A stretch of 64,000 nucleotides of DNA, taken from Haplodiscus bocki. Taxonomy: Eukaryota. Where the stretch lies: the NCBI GenBank assembly GCA_965655095.1, contig OZ296651.1, positions 45,818,001-45,882,000 of the forward strand, read 5' to 3'. Position numbers and translations under genes: made by a program. Under the pieces are notes generated by a model. It ran no database searches. It was not told the DNA's origin and worked only from the letters and a program-made list of their open reading frames with translations. The number at the start of each line of letters is the position of its first letter. Positions within the stretch are counted from its first letter, which is position 1. Positions 54,401-64,000 of the stretch are shown here, in pieces.

Positions 54401-57400
54401 TGAAGTTTGAGCCTACTATAAATGATGTCTTTTTTGAGGTGGACCTCTTTGTGTTTCAAGTACCACGATCATCGATTCCTTCGATATTGAGTTTCTCACT
54501 CAATATTTTGTATCTGTGATCGGATATCGCCTTTTCGAAACTTCGCAATTCCTTTTTTCGAAGTAGGTGTGGGATCTGATGTCACGGGTTCCAAACGTGC
54601 TGAGGTGCTCATGATCTCTCCCAACGATGAGTTTACTGCTCAATTCCGAACCGTCACGCAAGAAGATATTTATACCATGTGCACTGTGCCGAGGACCATT
54701 GAGTTTTCTATCGCTTTAAACTCGTGATCATTTAGTGTTCGATGGGCGGCTCCTCAAACAAATACACTACCTTAGTAAGTCAGTTACCGGCTTGGCCCCA
54801 AGATGCCAAAAGTATTGTGGTTAGTCGTTCACCCAATGCATTCTTCGTTGTTCTGGTTCAGTTTCTCCCGTGTCGTGATTTTAAACTTCGAATGTATTTA
54901 GAAGGGAATATCTGACAATATACTGGTGAGATCTTTAGTTCACACCCCAGGAACACCGGTACTATCAAATTGGTAAAAAAATCTTTTTCTGGGGGGAACT
55001 CACATTCAAATTGCTTGTTTTTTAAACAGGTTCGGTGGTAGTTCCGACTGTTTTCCGTGTCAGAATTCTGAACATCGATTTTTCTGAGGGAATGTCTGGT
55101 AATATAGTTTGGAGATTTTCCGCCCTCACGCTTGGGACACAGATAATAGCCGATGAGTTGGCAAACAGTCAATTCTTGGCGCCATTTTGTTTTGGATTGA
55201 AACTGTGTAGACGTGCGTGTAGTTGATACTTACCCATGCAAAATTTATTTCAGTGTTGAAATTATGACGGCCTAAACCATAATTGCAGTACTTTAGTTCA
55301 AATAGACAATACAGATAGAAAAGTTTTACAAAAAGCACAGATACACGCAAAACTGAGGACTTCTGCTTAAAGTCTGAAAATCTTTTTTTTTGGCATGTGT
55401 AGATAAGTTTTTGGAAACCAATGACCCCTGTAACGTGATTTGCTCTTGGCAAAGTGAGACATATGTCTCAACGGAGTCAAAAGCTATGTTTTTCATTCAC
55501 TTCAACTGAAATTTGTCGCTTCATAAGTGTCACATTGTACGTAGTGAACGTGTATGGGCAGCCGAGCATTTTAATGTTGTTAGGTATCCAAAAAGTCTCC
55601 ACCAAACGAAAATACGGCCAGTTAGTACGAAAAACATGAAAAACTGTTTTGAATCAACTCACTTTTCTTGGGCGGAAAGATTACAAAGTTCTGAAAGTTT
55701 TCCCTAACTCTAATTAAAATGTCGCAAATAACTGTATTTTGCTTGACTGTGGCGATTATGAACGAATTGATGTTGTTCTCTATGGAAAATGTTTTCTCGC
55801 GTTTCATGCCAAATTTCGAAAGTCCCAGATTTTGCGGTAAAAGTTGGTCATCTTTTTTTTCCAACGTTGTACATTCTTCTTTCGTCCTGATCCTTTTTTA
55901 ATCTGTATTTTTGCAGCAAATAGGAGCTCTTACGTGGAACCACTGCGACACTGTTGAAAATCACATTGCTTGAAGGTCACTTCTCGACTTTATTTACCAA
56001 ATTCAGAATATCATTGGTCAAGGTCAGGTTGTCGTAGACCTGCGTTATCTGACTCAATTCTCTCGTCTGGTTTTGTACTCTCCCTGATCATCCTTCTGTT
56101 TATACTTTTTTGTGGATGATATTGGACCTGTGCTAAAAATTGCTGAAAGTTGGAATTTGGGCAACGTATTGAGCCATTAATCTAGGCTTTTCTGAATCGT
56201 TTTTTTACTCTGAGCCAACAATGGTGGCCGTTTCTGTAAATTCCTTTCCCTCTGCAAAGCATCTTGTTTTCAACTGTTCCCTGGTTTTCTCTTTCTACTC
56301 AACTAGGCCAATGTTTAGACTTAATTTTTCAACTGAATCCGACTGTTTTCCGTTCAATGAAAGTCCATGGAATAATTTTTTGTCCGAAGGCGTTTTTCTA
56401 GATAACTGATGCCCCTGCAATTTCGAGAAACGCGATTTTATTGAATGACGAGTTGGACGCTTTGGAATACCCGCTGTACAAGTGACAGAGCGTAATAATG
56501 CTGGATGTTATGCTGGTGGCGAATTGCTGTCGACTAACAATGTTGGTACCGTCTATGGGTTGAAAATGCGGTGAGAAAGACACAGTTGATTTTTTACAAC
56601 AATTGTAACAGGGCTTTTCAGTGCTAAAATAGTCTTTACATCTTGGGGGATGACAAAATTGAGACTAAAACTACATCTGGACACGGAACAGGGTCATCGC
56701 TTCCTTCACACAATAAACATTGACCGGCAGCGGATAAGTCTCGCCAGCAATAACAACTGAAAACGCAGAGCATGCCGTATTTTTTATTAAAAGAATCCTT
56801 AATAATGCCAAAGGAGGCCACTGTTGTAGTTGACCTTTCAGAAAAACTTGAAGTTTGAGCCTACTATAAATGATTTGTCTTTTTTGAGGTGGACCTCTTT
56901 GTGTTTCAAGTACCACGATCATCGATTCCTTCGATATTGAGTTTCTCACTCAATATTTTGTATCTGTGATCGGATATCGCCTTTTCGAAACTTCGCAATT
57001 CCTTTTTTCGAAGTAGGTGTGGGATCTGATGTCACGGGTTCCAAACGTGCTGAGGTGCTCATGATCTCTCCCAACGATGAGTTTACTGCTCAATTCCGAA
57101 CCGTCACGCAAGAAGATATTTATACCATGTGCACTGTGCCGAGGACCATTGAGTTTTTTATCGCTTTAAACTCGTGATCATTTAGTGTTCGATGGGCGGC
57201 TCCTCAAACAAATACACTACCTTAGTAAGTCAGTTACCGGCTTGGCCCCAAGATGCCAAAAGTATTGTGGTTAGTCGTTCACCCAATGCATTCTTCGTTG
57301 TTCTGGTTCAGTTTCTCCCGTGTCGCGATTTTAAACTTCGAATGTATTTAGAAGGGAATATCTGACAATATGCTGGTGAGATCTTTAGTTCACACCCCAG

Positions 57401-60400
57401 GAACACCGGTAAAATCAAATTGGTAAAAAAATCTATTTCTGGGGAGGAACTCACATACAAATTGCTTGTTTTTTAATCAGGTTCGGTGGTAGTGCCGACT
57501 GTTTTCCCTGTCAGAATTCTGAACATCGATTTTTCTGAGGGAATGTCTGGTAATATAGTTTGGAGATCTTCCGCCCTCACGCTAGGAACACAGATAATAG
57601 CCGATGAGTTGGCAAACAGTCAATTCTTGGCGCCATTTTGTTTTGGATTGAAACTGTGTAGACGTGCGTGTAGTTGATACTTACCCATGCAAAATTTATT
57701 TCAGTGTTGAAATTATGACGGCCTAAACCATAATTGCAGTACTTTAGTTCAAATAGACAATACAGATAGAAAAGTTTTACAAAAAGCACAGATACACGCA
57801 AAACTGAGGACTTCTGCTTAAAGTCTGAAAATCTTTTTTTTTGGCATGTGTAGATAAGTTTTTGGAAACCAATGACCCCTGTAACGTGATTTGCTCTTGG
57901 CAAAGTGAGACATACGTCTCAACGGAGTCAAAAGCTATGTTTTTCATTCACTTCAACTGAAATTTGTCGCTTCATAAGTGTCACATTGTACGTAGTGAAC
58001 GTGTATAGGCAGCCGAGCATTTTAATGTTGTTAGGTATCCAAAAAGTCTCCACCAAACGAAAATACGGCCAGTTAGTGTACGAAAAACATGAAAAACTGT
58101 TTTGAATCAACTCACTTTTCTTGGGCGGAAAGATTACAAAGTTCTGAAAGTTTTCCCTAACTCTAATTAAAATGTCGCAAATAACTGTATTTTGCTTGAC
58201 TGTGGCGATTATGAACGAATTGATGTTGTTCTCTATGGAAAATGTTTTCTCGCGTTTCATGCCAAATTTCGAAAGTCCCAGATTTTGCGGTAAAAGTTGG
58301 TCATCTTTTTTTTCCAACGTTGTACTTTGTTCTTTCGTCCTGATCCTTTTTTAATCTGTATTTTTGCAGCAAATAGGAGCTCTTACGTGGAACCACTGCG
58401 ACACTGTTGAAAATCACATTGCTTGAAGGTCACTTCTCGACTTTATTTACCAAATTCAGAATATCATTGATCAAGGTCAGGTTGTCGTAGAACTGCGTTA
58501 TCTGACTCAATTCTCTCGTCTGGTTTTGTACTCTCCCTGATCATCCTTCTGTTTATCCTTTTGTGTGGATGATATTGGACCTGTGCTAAAAATTGCTGAA
58601 AGTTGGAATTTGGGCAACGTTTTGAGCCATTAATCTAGGTTTTTCTGAATCGTTTCTTTCCTCTGAGCCAACAATGGTGGCCGTTTCTGTGAATTCCTTT
58701 CCCTCTGCAAAGCATATTGTTTTCAACTGTTCCCTGGTTTTTTCTTTCTACTCAACTAGGCCAATGTTTAGACTTAATTTTTCAACTGATTCCTACTGTT
58801 TTCCGTTCAATGAAAGTCCATGGAATAATTCTTTGTCCGAAGGCGTTTTTCCAGATAACTGATGCCCCCGCAATTTTGAGAAACGCGATTTTATTGGATG
58901 ACGAGTTGGACGCTTTGGAATACGCGCTGTACAAGTGACGGATTGTAATAATGATGGATGTTATGCTGGAGGCGGATTGCTGTCGACTAACAAGGTTGGT
59001 ACCCTCTATGGATTAAAAATGCGGTAAGAAAGACACAGTTGAATTTTTACAGCAATTGTAACGGAGCTTTTCAGTGCTAAAATAGTCTTTACATCTTGGG
59101 GGATGACAAAATTGAGACTAAAAATGCATCTGGACACGGAGCAGGGTCATCGCTTGCTTCAGGCAATAAACATTGACCGGAAGCGGATAAGTCTCGCCAG
59201 CAATAACAACTGAAAACGCAGAGCATGCCGTATTTTTTTATTAAAATAATACTTAATAAAGCCAAAGGAGGCCACTGTTGTAGTTGACCTTTCAGAAAAA
59301 CTTGAAGTTTGAGCCTACTATAAATGATGTCTTTTTTGAGGTGGACCTCTTTGTGTTTCAAGTACCACGATCATTGATTCCTTCAAAATTGAGTTTCTCA
59401 CTCAATAATTTGTATCTGTGATCGGATATCGCTTTTTCGAAACTTAGCAATTCCTTTTTTCGAAGCATGCGTGGGATCTGATGTCATTTCGCGGGTTCCA
59501 AACGTGCTGAGGTGCTCATGATCTCTCCCAACGATGAGTTTACTGCTCAATTCCGAACCGTCACGCAAGAAGTGCACTGCCGAGGACCATTGAGTTTTCT
59601 ATCGCTTTTAACTCGTGATCATTTAGTGTTCGATGGGTGGCTCCTCAAACAAATACACTACCTTAATAAGTCAGTTACCGGCTTGGCCCCAGGATGTCAA
59701 AAGTATTGTGGTTAGTCGTTCACCCAACGCATTCTTCGTTGTTCTGGTTCAGTTTCTCCCGTGTCGTGATTTTAAACTTCGAATGTTTTTAGAAGGGATT
59801 ATCTGACAATATACTGGCGAGATCTTTAGTTCACACCCCAGGAACACCGGTAATATCAAATTGGTAAAAAAAATCTATTTCTGGGGAGGAACTCACTTAC
59901 AAATTGCTTGTTTCTTAAACAGGTTCGGTGGTAGTACCGACTGTTTTCCCTGTCAGAATTATGAACATCGATTTTTCTGAGGGAATGTATGGTACTATAC
60001 TTTGGAGATCTTCAGCCCTCACGCTAGGAACACAGATAATAGCCGATGAGTACGCAAACAGGCAATTCTTGGCGCCATTTTGTTTTGAAATGAAACTGTG
60101 TAGACGTGCATGTAGTTGATACTTACCCATACAAAATTTATTTCAGTGTTGAAATTAAGACGACCTAAACCATAATCGCAGTTTTTAGTTCAAATAGACA
60201 ATACAGATAGAAAAGTTTTACAAGAAGTACAGATTAACGCAAAACTGATGAATTCTGCTTAAAGTCTGAAAATCACTTTTTGGCATGTGTAGATAAGTTT
60301 TTGGAAACCAATAACCCCGTTAACGTGATTTGAAATTGACAAAGTGAGGCATAAGTCTCAACGGAGTCAAAAGCTACGTTTTTCATTCTCTTCAACTGAA

Positions 60401-61260
60401 ATTTTTCGCTTCATAAGCGTCACATTGTACATAGTGAATGTGTATGGGCAGCCGAGCTTTTTTATGTTGTTAGGTATCCAAAAAGTCTCCACCAAACGAA
60501 AATACGGCCAGTTAGTGTACGAAAAACATGAAAAACTGTTTTGAATCAACTCACTTTTCTTGGGCGGAAAGATTACAAAGTTCTGAAAGCTTTCCCTAAC
60601 TCTAATTAAAATGTCGCAAATAACTGTATTTTGCTTGACTGTGGCGATTATGAACGAATTGATGTTGTTCTCTATGGAAAATGTTTTCTCGCGTTTCATG
60701 CCAAATTTCGAAAGTCCCAGATATTGCGGTAAAAGTTGGTCATCTTTTTCCAACGTTCTACATTCTTCTTTGGTCCTGATCCTTTTTTAAATTGTACTTC
60801 TGCAGCAAATAGGCCCTCTTACATAAAACCACCGAAACACGCATGAAAATCACTTTGCCTGAAAATCACATTTCAACCTTATTTACTGAATTCAGAATAT
60901 AATTGGTCAAGGTCAGGTTATCTTTGAGCTGCGTTATCTGACTCATTTCTTTCGTCGGGTTTTGAACTATCCCTGATCATCCTTCTGTTTATCTATTTTT
61001 GTGGATGAATTTGGACCTGTGCTAGAAACTGCTAAAACTTGGAAAATAGGCCAACGTATTGAGCCATTAATCTCGGCTTTTCTGAATCGTTTCGTTCCTC
61101 CGAGCCAACGATGGTAGCTTTTTCTGTGAATTCCTTACCCTCTGCAAGGCATCTTGTTTTCAATAGTTCCCTGGTTTTTTCTTCCTGCTCAACTAGGCCA
61201 ATATTTAGACTGAAGTTTTCAACTGTTTTTCTGTTCAATGAAAGTCCATAGAATAAATTT

Positions 61261-61704
61261 CTATCCGAAGGCGTTTTTCCAGATAACTGAAGGCCCCGCA
61301 CTTTCGAGAAACGCGATTTCATTGGATGAGGTGTTGGACGCTTTAGAATACGCGCTGTACAAGTGACAGAGAGTAAAAATGCTGGATGTTATGCTGGTGC
61401 CGAATTGCTGTCGACGAACAATGTTGGTACCGTCTATGGATTCAAAATGCTGTGGGAAAGACACAGTTGAATTTTTACAACAGTTGTAACAGGGCTTTTC
61501 AGTGCTGAAATAGTTTTTATACATCTTGAGGGTTGACAAAATTGAGACTAAAAATACATCTGGACACGGAACAGGGTCATCGCTTCCTTCACAAAATAAA
61601 CATTGACCGGAAGCGGATAAGTCTCGCCAGCAATGACAACTGAAAACGCAGCGCATGGTGTATTTTTCATTAAAAGAATCCTTAATAATGCCAAAGGAGG
61701 CCAC
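61261..61704 (-). pseudogene. most intact copy (147 aa) of the Cys-rich P-module ORF
   Basis: Contains CxxxCxC, CxxC, PCP and CxxCC. It reads through the position where most other copies stop at ...SPKM*. The start is GTG and there is a premature stop after KNAFG. Confidence 0.5.
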
Positions 61705-63556
61705 TGTTTTAGTGGACCTTTGAGAAAAACTTGAAAATTGAGCCTACTAGAAATGATTTAAGTCTTTTTTTTTACCTATGTTTGTTTAAAGTACCACGAT
61801 CATCGATTCCCTCGAAATTGTGTTTCTCACTCAATATTTTGTATCTGTGATCGGATATCGCCTTTTCAAAACTTTGCAATTCCTTTTTTCGAAGTATGCG
61901 TGGGATCTGATGTCATTTCGCGGGTTCCAAACGTGCTGAGGTGCTCATGATCTCTCCCAACGATGAGTTTACTGCTCAATTCCGAACCGTCACGCAAGAA
62001 GTTGTTTTTACCATGTGCACTGTGCCGAGGACCATTGAGTTTTCTATCGCTTGGAACTCGTGACCTCTTATTGTTCGATGGGCGACTCCCTAAACAAATT
62101 CACTGCTTTAATAAGTCAGTTACCCGCCTGGCGCCAAGTTGTCAAAAGTATTGTGGTTAGTCGTGCACCCAACGCGTTCCTCGTTGTTCCGGTTTAGTTT
62201 CTTCCCTGTCGTGATTTTAAACTCCGAATGCATTTAGAAGGGAATATCTGACAATATACTGGCGAGATCTTTAGTTCACACCCAGGAACACCGGTAATAT
62301 CAAATTGGTAAAAAAAATCTATTTCTGGGGAGGAACTCACTTACAAATTGCTTGTTTCTTAAACAGGTTCGGTGGTAGTGCCGACAGTTTTCCCTGTCAG
62401 AATTTTGAACATCGATCTTACCCATACAAAATTTATTTCAGTGTTGAAATTAAGACGGCCTAAACCATAATCGCAGTACTTTAGTTCAAATAGACAATAC
62501 AGATAGAAAAGTTTTACAAGAAGTACAGATTAACGCAAAACTGATGAATTCTGCTTAAAGTCTGAAAATCACTTTTTGGCATGTGTAGATAAGTTTTTGG
62601 AAACCAATAACCCCGTTAACGTGATTTGAAATTGACAAAGTGAGGCATAAGTCTCAACGGAGTCAAAAGCTACGTTTTTCATTCTCTTCAACTGAAATTT
62701 TTCGCTTCATAAGCGTCACATTGTACATAGTGAATGTGTATGGGCAGCCGAGCTTTTTTATGTTGTTAGGTATCCAAAAAGTCTCCACCAAACGAAAATA
62801 CGGCCAGTTAGTGTACGAAAAACATGAAAAACTGTTTTGAATCAACTCACTTTTCTTGGGCGGAAAGATTACAAAGTTCTGAAAGCTTTCCCTAACTCTA
62901 ATTAAAATGTCGCAAATAACTGTATTTTGCTTGACTGTGGCGATTATGAACGAATTGATGTTGTTCTCTATGGAAAATGTTTTCTCGCGTTTCATGCCAA
63001 ATTTCGAAAGTCCCAGATATTGCGGTAAAAGTTGGTCATCTTTTTCCAACGTTCTACATTCTTCTTTGGTCCTGATCCTTTTTTAAATTGTACTTCTGCA
63101 GCAAATAGGCCCTCTTACATAAAACCACCGAAACACGCATGAAAATCACTTTGCCTGAAAATCACATTTCAACCTTATTTACTGAATTCAGAATATAATT
63201 GGTCAAGGTCAGGTTATCTTTGAGCTGCGTTATCTGACTCATTTCTTTCGTCGGGTTTTGAACTATCCCTGATCATCCTTCTGTTTATCTATTTTTGTGG
63301 ATGAATTTGGACCTGTGCTAGAAACTGCTAAAACTTGGAAAATAGGCCAACGTATTGAGCCATTAATCTCGGCTTTTCTGAATCGTTTCGTTCCTCCGAG
63401 CCAACGATGGTAGCTTTTTCTGTGAATTCCTTACCCTCTGCAAGGCATCTTGTTTTCAATAGTTCCCTGGTTTTTTCTTCCTGCTCAACTAGGCCAATAT
63501 TTAGACTGAAGTTTTCAACTGTTTTTCTGTTCAATGAAAGTCCATAGAATAAATTT

Positions 63557-64000
63557 CTATCCGAAGGCGTTTTTCCAGATAACTGAAGGCCCCGCACTTT
63601 CGAGAAACGCGATTTCATTGGATGAGGTGTTGGACGCTTTAGAATACGCGCTGTACAAGTGACAGAGAGTAAAAATGCTGGATGTTATGCTGGTGCCGAA
63701 TTGCTGTCGACGAACAATGTTGGTACCGTCTATGGATTCAAAATGCTGTGGGAAAGACACAGTTGAATTTTTACAACAGTTGTAACAGGGCTTTTCAGTG
63801 CTGAAATAGTTTTTATACATCTTGAGGGTTGACAAAATTGAGACTAAAAATACATCTGGACACGGAACAGGGTCATCGCTTCCTTCACAAAATAAACATT
63901 GACCGGAAGCGGATAAGTCTCGCCAGCAATGACAACTGAAAACGCAGCGCATGGTGTATTTTTCATTAAAAGAATCCTTAATAATGCCAAAGGAGGCCAC
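63557..64000 (-). pseudogene. duplicate of the 147-aa Cys-rich ORF
   Basis: Translation is identical to 61261..61704, offset by 2296 bp. Confidence 0.5.

Larger units (their letters stand above)
13369..64000. repeat. tandem macrosatellite derived from the accessory gene block, 21 marker copies, continues beyond the window
   Basis: Marker GAGCCATTAA recurs at 13504, 16634, 17701, 20830, 22783, 24736, 27856, 30293, 33421, 36558, 38998, 41440, 43896, 46355, 48811, 51268, 53726, 56171, 58624, 61061, 63357. The spacings agree with the repeating ORFs in the track. Confidence 0.98.
36415..64000. repeat. homogeneous sub-array of ~2.45-kb units (P-T-S), each with a truncated SGNH-fold remnant
   Basis: Spacings are 2440, 2442, 2456, 2459, 2456, 2457, 2458, 2445, 2453, 2437, 2296. 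No Q or R module was seen after ~35500. Confidence 0.95.

Noticed and set aside
13530-62840. Recurrent plus-strand ORFs (MVAVSVNSF.., MVVPTVFPV.., MIAFFFEVV..) as real genes
   Set aside because: They are short, recur only because the DNA is repeated, and mostly lie antisense to the minus-strand frames that carry recognisable motifs.
13369-64000. CRISPR-like or bacterial repeat system
   Set aside because: Units are kilobase-sized direct repeats without unique spacers, and there are no cas genes or prokaryotic gene density.

Overview
AT-rich eukaryotic repeat-rich DNA with no intact host gene. All translations outside the ORF track were done by eye and coordinates are approximate. (1) 1-3880: unassigned sequence with two tRNA-like (SINE-head) remnants and a possible decayed GPCR exon. 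(2) ~4440-9350, minus strand: a heavily decayed rolling-circle (Helitron-like) transposase, split by many stops and frameshifts. In order it shows a Cys/His cluster, HUH Rep motifs 1-3, a PIF1 helicase (Walker A, motifs II/III, QFPL..IHK..G.T) and a C-terminal GIY-YIG-like nuclease. A possible Helentron-type 3' end lies at ~3881. (3) ~9495-13370, upstream on the same strand: a divergent block of accessory pseudogenes (an SGNH-fold gene, a Cys-rich gene, unknown ORFs). (4) 13369-64000, running off the window: a >50-kb tandem macrosatellite of 21 marker copies built from that accessory block. It has two alternative unit types (~3.13 kb and ~2.45 kb), deletion derivatives (1067, 1953, 2296 bp), very recent local duplications and sequence patches shared between distant units.
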